Both the position numbers and the translations under genes were made by a program. A stretch of 41,203 bases of DNA. It comes from a virus. Below are positions 26,181 through 35,591 of the stretch, piece by piece (the stretch's first letter is position 1; each line of letters begins with the position of its first letter). The stretch lies in the IMG/VR virus record IMGVR_UViG_3300035698_009173. One strand, written 5' to 3'. The notes below the pieces were generated by a model that was not told the DNA's origin, did not search any database, and worked only from the letters and a program-made list of their open reading frames with translations.

Positions 26181-26738
26181 ATGATTTCACTGAAGAAATT
26201 TTTCAAAGACTCACTTCCAGGCACTATCCTAAACATCGGCACAAGCTTTGCTAAGCTGTATAGCACACAAAGCAATGAAATTGGCCGTATAACAAAAGAA
26301 TTAATACACCTGCAGGAAAGAGTTAACATCTCAGAAGCTATCATGCGTAGTCCACAAAAAGAAGAGACTCCTGAAGCAGCAATAAATCGTTTATTAGAAG
26401 CCGTAAGTGGCGTCACAGATGATTTGAGTACTGCTCGCAGGTTGGATTCTCGTATTGAAGATTCACAAGAAAAAATAAGGGTGCTCAGTAACCTAGTTAG
26501 TCGCACTGCAAAACGGGGAGAAGTTTTTAAATTTAATGGCGATAACTGGGTGAACCTTACTGAAAAAGATTTAACAAAAATGAAAAACGAGATGGTAAAA
26601 CAAATTAATGGAGCAGTAGAAAATATGACAAGATCACTCAATGACCGCGTACGAGAAACAAAAATAATTAATAAACGTCTCGATATATTAGAAAACCCCA
26701 AGACCCCAAAAAAGAGATCACGTGCTAAATCTCACTAA
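26181..26738 (+). CDS. hypothetical coiled-coil protein (185 aa)
   Basis: ORF, RBS GAGAGGTAACA. Confidence 0.5.
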   Translation: MISLKKFFKDSLPGTILNIGTSFAKLYSTQSNEIGRITKELIHLQERVNISEAIMRSPQKEETPEAAINRLLEAVSGVTDDLSTARRLDSRIEDSQEKIRVLSNLVSRTAKRGEVFKFNGDNWVNLTEKDLTKMKNEMVKQINGAVENMTRSLNDRVRETKIINKRLDILENPKTPKKRSRAKSH

Positions 26739-27348
26739 GGGAGTTTCTCCATGTCTTTACCATGTGTTTGAGGAAATATTAATAAAGAATTGTGAAATAA
26801 CATTAGATAAAGAAGAAGACGATGATGATACTCTTACGCGACAGTTTCAACATAGCTTAGAATATATTCATGTCTACTACAAGAAAGAAAACGTAGGAAA
26901 ATTTGGAAAAACTTCTCTGAAGGTTACCGCCCGTAATAACCCGCAGAATGATGCCTGCTTAGGCCCTTTATTTGGTAAGGAAGAAGAAATAAAGAAATCC
27001 TATGAAGACTTCCAGTGCTTTGTAGACTTGTGTGTTAGATTCTTAATACGTTCCGTAGCAAGCGCAGAACTGCATATAGCTAAGGGGTACGTACATGATT
27101 TTACCTCAATATTTTTTAATAAGAATAGCTATCTAAAAGATCTTATCCCCCCGTACATTTCCAACACCCCTGCACACAGTGTCGCCTTACCGAATGATGC
27201 CGGTCCAGTGTTATACGGTATGGTCGCGATAAAAGAGTTAGCGGGTAAACAACTTCAAAGACCGCAAGGGGGGCAGTACATCGTTATCCCTATGCCCCCA
27301 CTGTCTGACATTTATGAAGCATATGTGACAGCTTCTATTAAAAAGTAG
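26722..27348 (+). CDS. hypothetical protein (start uncertain, GTG)
   Basis: track ORF; overlaps upstream gene end; RBS ambiguous. Confidence 0.35.
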   Translation: MLNLTKGVSPCLYHVFEEILIKNCEITLDKEEDDDDTLTRQFQHSLEYIHVYYKKENVGKFGKTSLKVTARNNPQNDACLGPLFGKEEEIKKSYEDFQCFVDLCVRFLIRSVASAELHIAKGYVHDFTSIFFNKNSYLKDLIPPYISNTPAHSVALPNDAGPVLYGMVAIKELAGKQLQRPQGGQYIVIPMPPLSDIYEAYVTASIKK

Positions 27349-27383
27349 TTGACACCGCACGCCTTCGCGGTTATACAAGGTGT

Positions 27384-28637
27384 ATGGGTAAGGCCACGAA
27401 AAAAAGACAAAACGATTCTGAAGCTGAAGAAAACAAAATGCTTCAAAAGCTTACTGATTCTAATGATCATTCTAAAGGCCGAACAAAGAAGAAGTTCAAT
27501 AAACGTAAGCGCATACAACGAGATTCGATACACTCTGTGCAAACTTGCATGCGTAGATACGGGCTTAATGCGTATAAACAAATTCATGCATGGGTACCGC
27601 ACAGGTACTCATTAGACAAAGCCCAAACTGATCTTATTAAATATGCGTACGTAGCATATGCTATCCCTCACGTTTTCAGAAGTTTAATTGAATTAGGGGT
27701 AGCCTGGCCAAGCACCACGGATAATGATTTAGGGTATTGTACTGCCATGCAAGTTTGTCGTGGAGGATCCTTTTATAAATTGCACAGCACTGATCGTGTG
27801 AAAGCTCTTTGTAAATATGTGATGTCTAGGAAAGAAACACATACATTTCTTACCAACGGCCCTTACAAGTTTACAAATAACAACGCATTCTATATTGCTT
27901 TTCAAAAAAATATGGTATGGTCCAAAGCGACTTGTGCAGGCTTGAAAACAGGAGTTCCTGAAGTACTGGCTAACCATGCCTTCTATCTCCCATTTTCTTC
28001 TGAGGTGTTTGACTCTTTTGTGTTATTTCTTAAACGACATGAGAATAATTATGCTCCTCAAGATATTGGGGACATCTTAGATTTTTTAGAAGATTCTTGG
28101 GCTAATCTTGAATACCCATCTTTTGCTGGACGTTCCTGGACACGTATTGTTCATGCAGCTAATCATTGGCACGCTGACGTTGCGAATGTTCGTATGGTAC
28201 AAGCGCAGCAACGGAGAGATATTTGGAGTGAACGTACGCCACCCGTATCAAAAGAACCGTTTAAGAAACAGAACAAAATTGAAGAACGGTGGCTTGCGTA
28301 CAGAGATGCCGATAAGCTTAAGTATATTATTTGTCGTTTACACAATTACGATGCTCTCCAAGCTGAAGGGAATCGTATGCACCATTGTGTTGGTGCGTAC
28401 TACACGAAATGCCGTAATGGACATAGTGAAGTTTATTCGGTAGCTAGGCAAGAAAAGATTCGAGGTGGTTGGACATACAGCGATATAAAACATGCAGCAA
28501 CGTTGGAAATTTCTTGTCCGCAGAATAGCCTCGTACAAGCACGCGGTGTGTGTAATAAACCAATGGTTGCTAGTACTAAGAAAGTAATTAAAGAATGGGC
28601 ACGAAAGAATAATGTTGACGTAGCACTTTATGTTTAA
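27384..28637 (+). CDS. hypothetical protein (417 aa), weak resemblance to PcfJ-like family (MHHCVGAYY motif)
   Basis: ORF with promoter TTGACA 27348-27353; motif EGNRMHHCVGAYY recalls PcfJ-like proteins (from memory only). Confidence 0.45.
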   Translation: MGKATKKRQNDSEAEENKMLQKLTDSNDHSKGRTKKKFNKRKRIQRDSIHSVQTCMRRYGLNAYKQIHAWVPHRYSLDKAQTDLIKYAYVAYAIPHVFRSLIELGVAWPSTTDNDLGYCTAMQVCRGGSFYKLHSTDRVKALCKYVMSRKETHTFLTNGPYKFTNNNAFYIAFQKNMVWSKATCAGLKTGVPEVLANHAFYLPFSSEVFDSFVLFLKRHENNYAPQDIGDILDFLEDSWANLEYPSFAGRSWTRIVHAANHWHADVANVRMVQAQQRRDIWSERTPPVSKEPFKKQNKIEERWLAYRDADKLKYIICRLHNYDALQAEGNRMHHCVGAYYTKCRNGHSEVYSVARQEKIRGGWTYSDIKHAATLEISCPQNSLVQARGVCNKPMVASTKKVIKEWARKNNVDVALYV

Positions 28638-28707
28638 TTCTAAAATAACTAATTGAAAATGTAAACTACTTTGTATAAAAAATATAACGAGGTTAAAGGA
28701 GATAGGG

Positions 28708-29847
28708 ATGAACAACACATTTACAATTAAAGGATCTGCTACACAAATTTCAGTATACGCACACGTTGTTGAAGAAAGTGCGCTGCAGCAATTGCACCAC
28801 GTCGCCAACTGTCCCGCGTTCTCGGATTCACAGATTGTAATTATGCCAGACGTGCACGCGGGTAAGGGCGCAGTTATTGGGTTCACCGCGACGCTTGGAG
28901 AACTTGTGTGCCCCAACGTCGTAGGTGTGGATATCGGCTGCGGAGTAATCGCCGCCAACCTCGGACCTTCTTGCCCAGACTTCCCTAAACTGGACAAGTT
29001 TATTCGTACAAATATTCCAAGTGGGCACTCTGTTCGTCAAAGCAATGTAATTGGGAATTCTAAAGAAGAAGAATTGATGGAACAGGTTCATGAAGTTGGG
29101 AGAAATATTCAAACAGCAGAATCACTTAGCTATTACGTTAATTCTATAGGAACACTTGGTGGAGGAAATCATTTTATTGAGGTTGGAAAAGGTGAACGTA
29201 ATGATTACTGGATCATTATCCACAGTGGTAGTCGGAAATTTGGGAACGACATAGGAAATTATTATTGGAAGCATGCAAAAAAACTTGAAAATTATTCTAA
29301 TGGAAAAAAAAAACTAGCATGGTTAGGCGGATCTGATCGTGACGATTATCTTTTTGCAGCGAATATTGCCCAACAATACGCAAAGTTAAATAGAAAAGCA
29401 ATGATGGATAGTCTTCTTCATTACTTAGGATTTGATTTTGCGTACACTGAACGAGTTGAGTCTGTTCACAACTACATTGATTTTACAGATACTGTTTCAA
29501 TGATTCGGAAAGGAGCAATCTCTGCCAAAAAGGGAGAGCGTGTAATCATCCCCATGAACATGGCTTACGGGTGCGTTCTCGGTACTGGATTAGGTAAGGC
29601 TCTTTGGAATAACTCCGCTCCACACGGCGCAGGCAGAGCAATGAGCAGATCTGTAGCGAAGAAGAGTATTACATTAGATGAATTTAAAGCAGTGATGACG
29701 GATGTATGGAGCAGTTGTGTGCAACAATCTACAATAGATGAAGCGCCGCAGGCATATAAACAAGTAGACGATGTATTGGACTATTTGTCTGAGACAGTTA
29801 CCCTGGACACAAAAATCAAATCTGTTTATAACTTTAAAAGCACCTAA
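28708..29847 (+). CDS. rtcB: RtcB-family RNA 3'-phosphate ligase
   Basis: VDIGCGV metal site, GGNHFIEVG, and APHGAGRAMSR (His-guanylylation region) motifs; RBS AAAGGAGATAGGG. Confidence 0.6.
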   Translation: MNNTFTIKGSATQISVYAHVVEESALQQLHHVANCPAFSDSQIVIMPDVHAGKGAVIGFTATLGELVCPNVVGVDIGCGVIAANLGPSCPDFPKLDKFIRTNIPSGHSVRQSNVIGNSKEEELMEQVHEVGRNIQTAESLSYYVNSIGTLGGGNHFIEVGKGERNDYWIIIHSGSRKFGNDIGNYYWKHAKKLENYSNGKKKLAWLGGSDRDDYLFAANIAQQYAKLNRKAMMDSLLHYLGFDFAYTERVESVHNYIDFTDTVSMIRKGAISAKKGERVIIPMNMAYGCVLGTGLGKALWNNSAPHGAGRAMSRSVAKKSITLDEFKAVMTDVWSSCVQQSTIDEAPQAYKQVDDVLDYLSETVTLDTKIKSVYNFKST

Positions 29848-29856
29848 GAGGAAACT

Positions 29857-30492
29857 ATGTACAAATACAAAAAGTTTATTAAACCAATTAGTATTATTAT
29901 GTACACATCTTTCGCGATAATTGCGTTAGCTTGTGGAGGACTTGCGCTTTTCCTGCACGAAAATTGGGTAGCGGGCGAAATAGTTACTTTAAGTTCTGCT
30001 ATCCTTGTCACATTAAGCATTTGTGGACTAATGCTTTATAAAGAATACAAAAGTTTGCCAAAATGGATCACAGCACAGGGGGTCGGCGTCTGGGAATCCA
30101 TCCCATGGTTTGATGCGACTGGACGAATGGTACTAAATAAGTCTATTGATCTTTTTATAAATATCGTTTCAACTGAAAAACAAATACCAAAGTATCAATT
30201 GTTACTAACGTTACAAAAATTAAACGTAGAGTGGACTACAAAATCGATTAGTTTAGTCGGTGTCGGATGGACAGTACAAGATAAAGCTGGCGTGCAACAA
30301 GGAAACAATATTATGGTTCAGTGGCTTGGAGATCTATACAAATCCGCATTTGTTCATGAGTTAATTCATTTTATTCGAACACAGCACTGCCACCTTCCTA
30401 CAGATTACGCACACAAAGATTATGATTGGTGGTATTTAGAGAATAAAATAAATAACTACATAAGAAATACGATGTATATCGGGGAATGCTAA
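29857..30492 (+). CDS. membrane protein with HExxH zinc-metallopeptidase-like motif
   Basis: three N-terminal TM segments; FVHELIHFIRTQH. Confidence 0.5.
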   Translation: MYKYKKFIKPISIIMYTSFAIIALACGGLALFLHENWVAGEIVTLSSAILVTLSICGLMLYKEYKSLPKWITAQGVGVWESIPWFDATGRMVLNKSIDLFINIVSTEKQIPKYQLLLTLQKLNVEWTTKSISLVGVGWTVQDKAGVQQGNNIMVQWLGDLYKSAFVHELIHFIRTQHCHLPTDYAHKDYDWWYLENKINNYIRNTMYIGEC

Positions 30493-30719
30493 TCTGTTGT
30501 AAGTATTTCTTCAATAATTGTCAAATCTTCTTGAACTGCCTCATCTTCTTCTGCAATCATTCCCATAATTAGGCTAGCAAATGTTTTTCTTAGAGAAGAC
30601 ATCTTATCTTTCAACAATTCATTTTCTTTTATAATTTTATGAATGGTTGTTTCAGAAGATTCTTCTAACATAACGATGTTCACAAGAACACCCCCGTATA
30701 TTGTGTTGGTTGGCTTCAT
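30489..30719 (-). CDS. hypothetical acidic protein (~76 aa)
   Basis: internal Met of track ORF 30489..30821 chosen so that it abuts (ATGA overlap) the upstream paralog gene. Confidence 0.35.
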   Translation of the reverse strand: MKPTNTIYGGVLVNIVMLEESSETTIHKIIKENELLKDKMSSLRKTFASLIMGMIAEEDEAVQEDLTIIEEILTTD

Positions 30720-30907
30720 AACTCCCACTGGAAAACTATAATGAATCCCAATATTGCGAAAATCAATATCAAAATACTTACAACGATTAGAACGGGGGAG
30801 AATACCCACCACCAGGACCAATCAAGTACATTAAAGAGCTTTAAAAGTACAAATATAAGTTGAACAATTCCGGGAATAACAATACCTGCATCTATAAGTT
30901 TACTCAT
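30716..30907 (-). CDS. small membrane protein with DWSWWWV motif (paralog of 16319-16543)
   Basis: LKLFNVLDWSWWWVFSP versus LKLVGTIDWSWWWVLSP. Confidence 0.5.
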   Translation of the reverse strand: MSKLIDAGIVIPGIVQLIFVLLKLFNVLDWSWWWVFSPVLIVVSILILIFAILGFIIVFQWEL

Positions 30908-30957
30908 TTTATCTCAACCTTAACTTTTAAATCACCTACCCATAAGATCGTATGGGA

Positions 30958-31140
30958 CTAACAGCTACCACAAGTAGCGCACATTGCCGTCATCGACGCT
31001 ACAAGTAGAATACTAACAAGTACAATTTGTAGTTTGTACTTTCCCCAAACAGTTTGTACAAAATTAAAAATCTTTTTAGTTTGCGCATTCATGACTACCT
31101 CCACATCCTGGGTCTTCTGGGATACCGACTCCACAGCCAT
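30958..31140 (-). CDS. small membrane protein (start uncertain)
   Basis: track ORF; overlaps next ORF in different frame. Confidence 0.3.
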   Translation of the reverse strand: MAVESVSQKTQDVEVVMNAQTKKIFNFVQTVWGKYKLQIVLVSILLVASMTAMCATCGSC

Positions 31141-31294
31141 ATTTAGTTTCTATTGTAGTTCTTGGTTTAAAATATTCATATGGCATATTTTCTCCAAGAT
31201 ACTCTATGCGTAACGTTCCGCATTTTACACACCATTTATACGCGACACCTGACACATACGCTGTGGGCATGGATACCCAATCATGGTTATTCAT
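31076..31294 (-). CDS. small zinc-ribbon protein (72 aa)
   Basis: CVKCG..CGGSHEC. Confidence 0.4.
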   Translation of the reverse strand: MNNHDWVSMPTAYVSGVAYKWCVKCGTLRIEYLGENMPYEYFKPRTTIETKYGCGVGIPEDPGCGGSHECAN

Positions 31295-31478
31295 TTTTAT
31301 TCTTGATCTCCTTGTATAGGGTTAACATTAAATTTGTTTTTTGAATTAATTGATAACCTTGTTTAGAAAGTTCACTAGTTCTACTTCTTTTTGCAATAGT
31401 AAGCTCTAACTCTAACTGATCACGCAAATCATAACAAAGTTCATACAATGGTATTAAGATTTCGTTGTTATCTGGCAT
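31287..31478 (-). CDS. hypothetical small protein (63 aa)
   Basis: ORF in operon context. Confidence 0.4.
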   Translation of the reverse strand: MPDNNEILIPLYELCYDLRDQLELELTIAKRSRTSELSKQGYQLIQKTNLMLTLYKEIKNKNE

Positions 31479-32454
31479 TATTCTCTAACACCGTTGCAGA
31501 AGATGTCCGTATAAACCATGCTGACTCTTGCAATTCATCGATTGTATGTGCACCGAGCATGGACATGCCTTGCCGAAGTGCAGCAAGCAAACCAATTGTA
31601 ACGTCCTCAGCACTCCCTTGGTTAGGAATGACCGTCTGTATACCTTCCGGTACTAATTCTGGCCGCATAGCGCCTGTAAATGCTTCCTGCGCCTCTTTTG
31701 ATGCCAGTCCTCGATACATTTTTTGCCCATTTAGCCCATACTGTCCGTAGGCTTCTGTCGTACCTCCATACATGCGGCCCAGCATGACAAATGATGCGCC
31801 ACCTGCTAGTGCTTTTACAATATCGCCGGGATGTTTTATCCCTCCATCAGCAATTATGTCTATACCTACCGAAGCACATTCGCATACGGCAGATAATTGG
31901 GGTCTTCCACATCCTGTTATTAATCTTGTACTACAAATCGATCCACTACCTATTCCAATCTTAACTACGTTAGCTCCTGCTGATTGTAATCGGCGTGTGG
32001 CAGGCTTTGTTACGACATTCCCAACGACTAATACCTGGGTATCCCTAATTTTAGACCGAATATACTCGACTTCTGATAATACAGCGCAAGTATCTGCGTG
32101 TGCTAGGTCTACAAAAATAAAATCAGGAGATAAGTCTAAAACAGCATCCCTACGAACGTTATCGCGGATACCTAATGTAGCTGCAGAATATTTACATGAC
32201 TCTTTTACTTCTTTAATTTCATTTATTTGTGATTCAATACTACAAAATCTATGTATCGGAACAATTACTTTGTACTTATCGACCGCTTTAGCGACAGCAG
32301 CTATCCCTGTCGTCTCCATATTCGCAACAATGATGGGTGCAATCGTTTTTTCTAATATAGTGATGTCTGTTACTGGTTCTAACCTGCTTTCTAAACTTGA
32401 ATGTTGTGGAAGTAACAATACATCATCGTATGTAACTTCTTCTTTTCCGATCAT
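31468..32454 (-). CDS. IMP dehydrogenase/GMP reductase family oxidoreductase (GMP-reductase-like size)
   Basis: catalytic loop GIGSGSICSTR and IIADGGIKHPGDIVKALAGGA (TIM-barrel IMPDH/GuaC signature), 328 aa with no CBS insertion. Confidence 0.7.
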   Translation of the reverse strand: MIGKEEVTYDDVLLLPQHSSLESRLEPVTDITILEKTIAPIIVANMETTGIAAVAKAVDKYKVIVPIHRFCSIESQINEIKEVKESCKYSAATLGIRDNVRRDAVLDLSPDFIFVDLAHADTCAVLSEVEYIRSKIRDTQVLVVGNVVTKPATRRLQSAGANVVKIGIGSGSICSTRLITGCGRPQLSAVCECASVGIDIIADGGIKHPGDIVKALAGGASFVMLGRMYGGTTEAYGQYGLNGQKMYRGLASKEAQEAFTGAMRPELVPEGIQTVIPNQGSAEDVTIGLLAALRQGMSMLGAHTIDELQESAWFIRTSSATVLENNAR

Positions 32455-34034
32455 AAGATCTCGGAAGAATTAACTGGCGTTTGAAATTCGATTGGGTAGT
32501 TATGGAACATAGGGGTGAAGCGAGTTATCTTACCCTGTGTATCTAATGTCAATGTTACGATGATTCCACCAATTGTTGGATAAAAATCTCCGTAAGTAGC
32601 GTAGATATTCATTGTTTCGAAGCAAGGTACCAGGCAACTATGCACGTTCTGTGGCATAAAATACCCATTAGTATGTTTGTGTCCGCAAAATAGGATGTCA
32701 GGAGAGTTATTTTTTGATATTGTACGCTGCAAATGTTTCTCAAGAGACCAAGAACGTGCATGTGCAGAAGATTTAATGTGCGATAGCTCAATATCAATTC
32801 CATAAGGGTCTAAAATAAGCCTGGCGGCAATATTACCAATACATGTAGTATCAGGTCTACGAATCTTGATCAACTCAGAAGGATCCGTTCCATTTGATTT
32901 CATGAAATCTACGTCATGATTACCTAAAATGTATACGTACTGCAAATCATCATGCTTTGGTAGGACATCTGCACAAATTTGACACTGATCTTTGCACGCC
33001 CATGCTTCTAATTCAAGTGTTTGACCTCGGTAAACGTTATTACCAGCTAACATATCACCCGCATGGAGAATTGTGCGTACGTTAAATTCATCATACGCCA
33101 TCTCTACAAAGTCTACTATTTCATCTTTCATACAATGTGCAGATCCAAAGTGTGTATCAGAGATTACTGCGAATCTAATAGTATTATTAGATAGTTTTGG
33201 TATATTAATTTTGGGTCTTTCTCCAATTATTACTGAACTATCGATTACATTTGTATCTATTTTTACTTTATCATTAGAAATATTGAGTCTATACCCTTCT
33301 GCTTTAGCTCTAACTAGGGCAGACTCTAATCTATAGGGGGAACAATCGAATGTATTGCATAAAAGTGTTAATGTTAATGGTATTCTCTTTCCTTTTGCGT
33401 TTCTTTTTTGTCCTTTTGAGTATTTTAATACATATTCAATTATTTTTTCTTCTAAATTCATGCCTTCGTCAACTTGCGTAAGGTGTTGAGTACTTTTACG
33501 TGACTTTGGGTCATTTTTTACTTTATTATCTTTTACTTTTTTTGTTTTTGCACGTTTTTCCATCATTTTTACTTTCTTTTGCGCAGCTTTATACTCTTTA
33601 ATCACATTCTTAGCACCTTTTCCTACTAAATTCTTAACAGACTCACTCAAACAGTTGCGTCTTAGTGCTCCGCGAACCATTTCATAGGTAATAACTACAT
33701 TCATGGCATCAGTTGCATTAGTTAGGGCTTCTTTAATCGTTTGTGCCTGTAAAAAACAATCAAGCATAGTTAATACTGTAGATTCATTCCAAAAAATAGA
33801 ATTATTATTACGATTTACTTTTGAGAGTAATACTGAAGAGCTTTTTATAGCATTATCACGAAGAGTCATACGAACTGCATTGGCTGTAGTTGTGTGATTA
33901 AATTCTCTCGAAATTTCATCCACAGCATCTGTAATACGTTCATACTTTTTCAAAATATTGCAAAGAATTTCAACACGTTTAGGTGTCCAAAACCTACTGT
34001 ACGATCCTGATCCACGTAATCTCTCTTTAGACAA
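32451..34034 (-). CDS. calcineurin-like metallophosphoesterase with Lys-rich N-terminal region
   Basis: VISDTHFG, GDMLAGN, ILGNHD motifs in C-terminal half. Confidence 0.65.
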   Translation of the reverse strand: MSKERLRGSGSYSRFWTPKRVEILCNILKKYERITDAVDEISREFNHTTTANAVRMTLRDNAIKSSSVLLSKVNRNNNSIFWNESTVLTMLDCFLQAQTIKEALTNATDAMNVVITYEMVRGALRRNCLSESVKNLVGKGAKNVIKEYKAAQKKVKMMEKRAKTKKVKDNKVKNDPKSRKSTQHLTQVDEGMNLEEKIIEYVLKYSKGQKRNAKGKRIPLTLTLLCNTFDCSPYRLESALVRAKAEGYRLNISNDKVKIDTNVIDSSVIIGERPKINIPKLSNNTIRFAVISDTHFGSAHCMKDEIVDFVEMAYDEFNVRTILHAGDMLAGNNVYRGQTLELEAWACKDQCQICADVLPKHDDLQYVYILGNHDVDFMKSNGTDPSELIKIRRPDTTCIGNIAARLILDPYGIDIELSHIKSSAHARSWSLEKHLQRTISKNNSPDILFCGHKHTNGYFMPQNVHSCLVPCFETMNIYATYGDFYPTIGGIIVTLTLDTQGKITRFTPMFHNYPIEFQTPVNSSEIL

Positions 34035-34196
34035 AATAAACTCCTTTTTTAGTAATTAAGAACGTAAACATACGCACATTATACTTTATGCATATTTTAT
34101 TTAGTAAAGTGTTGTTTGTGCACGTCGTTTGCATAGGTCCTTGGGTCACTGAGGTATAATACCAAAACAAAATAACTTATAAGGAGAGTTCCGCAC

Positions 34197-34610
34197 ATGA
34201 ATCAAGAAAAAATTAATAAAATTTTAGAAAAGAGTACACGGAAAGCGCTATGTATGCCCCTTATCTATGTATCGGGGGCATTTCGGGCGGAAACTAGTTG
34301 GGGTATTGAACAAAATATCCGTAAAGCAGAAAATTATGCTCTAGATTTATGGAAATTAGGTGCAGCAGCCCTGTGTCCACACACAAATACACGTTTTTAC
34401 CAGGGGGAACTACCCGATGAGGCCTGGTTAGCGGGGGATTTGGTCATGTTAAAGGGTTGTGATGCAATATTCATGCTTCCTGAGTGGGAAAAGTCAGAAG
34501 GAGCATGTATAGAACTTGAATTTGCGAAAATATTGAATAAAAAAGTACTTTATACACTAAATCTAGTTGAACAGTACGTAATTAACCACATTAATAAAAA
34601 TAATAGTTGA
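34197..34610 (+). CDS. DUF4406/nucleoside 2-deoxyribosyltransferase-like protein (tentative)
   Basis: LIYVSGAF..SEGACIELEFAK pattern; RBS AAGGAGAG. Confidence 0.4.
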   Translation: MNQEKINKILEKSTRKALCMPLIYVSGAFRAETSWGIEQNIRKAENYALDLWKLGAAALCPHTNTRFYQGELPDEAWLAGDLVMLKGCDAIFMLPEWEKSEGACIELEFAKILNKKVLYTLNLVEQYVINHINKNNS

Positions 34611-34651
34611 CAAAGCGTCTAAAACGGCTATCCTACATGTAGGAGGTAGTC

Positions 34652-34876
34652 ATGGACAAACTAAACGTGGTTATAGACAAACAAATCATTAAAGAAGCAA
34701 TAAAAGAATTGAAAAAACACAAAGAATTGCAGTATATTGCTGCAATTATTGAAAACTTAGCCAATGAAGTACTGTGTACGGAGTGCGCAGGCAGTGGAAA
34801 GAAAAATATATGCCTCGATCAGACCTATAAATGCTTTAAATGTGGCGGATCTGGTAAAAAATATGAGGATATTTGA
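34652..34876 (+). CDS. small zinc-ribbon protein (74 aa)
   Basis: CTECAGSGKK..CFKCGGSGKK; RBS GTAGGAGGTAG; promoter TTGACAA 34606-34612. Confidence 0.4.
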   Translation: MDKLNVVIDKQIIKEAIKELKKHKELQYIAAIIENLANEVLCTECAGSGKKNICLDQTYKCFKCGGSGKKYEDI

Positions 34877-34877
34877 T

Positions 34878-35066
34878 ATGATTACTACTTTTTTCAAGAA
34901 AATAGCCGAAAAAGTCATTAAAAACCTCAAAATAGCAGTCGTTGGGGAGGGATCAGAGCTTAAATTTCAACTTTTGTACAAAAATAAGGTTATTTCTGAG
35001 GATTTTTTACTTATTTCTTCCTTAGAATTCAAAAATACACGTAAAAACGGTCAAAAAATTCATTAA
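34878..35066 (+). CDS. hypothetical small protein (62 aa)
   Basis: ATG immediately after previous stop; inside track ORF 34764..35066. Confidence 0.3.
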   Translation: MITTFFKKIAEKVIKNLKIAVVGEGSELKFQLLYKNKVISEDFLLISSLEFKNTRKNGQKIH

Positions 35067-35208
35067 ATTAGGTACTAATGTGGGTATTTTAGCTAAAATT
35101 GGGGTATAATGCTGCCGAAACTACCCTATTTTGCCTGAAATTACCCTATTTTAAGGATTAAATAAGGTGTTTTTAGTTGTAAAATAGCACTAATTACCGG
35201 AGGTTAAC

Positions 35209-35541
35209 ATGTCAAGTCACCTAAAAAGTAATAAACATTTTGAAAAATCCACCGTAAAGAAGCTATCTATTGTGGCATCGGAGGTTGCAAACATAATTTT
35301 AATCGATAGTTTAGCAAAAAAGACTGTAGAAGCGGTAACAAACGGCAGAACAAAGATAACGGGTATTGCACAGCTGTTTATATACCTGCAAGACAACGCT
35401 ACTGTGATAGCCCTAGCAAAAACAGCTAAAACTATGAAAGTTATAGAGGATAACGAGGTACGCAGAAAACAAGTGTGGGATGCGCTCGATGAGACTATTC
35501 AACAGAACAAAGATGAAGAAAAACAAGAGTCAGACAATTAA
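35209..35541 (+). CDS. hypothetical protein (110 aa)
   Basis: ORF with RBS CCGGAGGT. Confidence 0.45.
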   Translation: MSSHLKSNKHFEKSTVKKLSIVASEVANIILIDSLAKKTVEAVTNGRTKITGIAQLFIYLQDNATVIALAKTAKTMKVIEDNEVRRKQVWDALDETIQQNKDEEKQESDN

Positions 35542-35591
35542 ATCGGTTTACATTGTCAGACAACTTCGTATACTAGCTGCAGGAGGCAGTT

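Noticed and set aside
23864-28997. Minus-strand ORFs 23864..24337, 26111..26701 and 28338..28997
   Set aside because: They are antisense to better-supported plus-strand genes (ParB-like, coiled-coil and RtcB). They have serine or low-complexity composition and no RBS.
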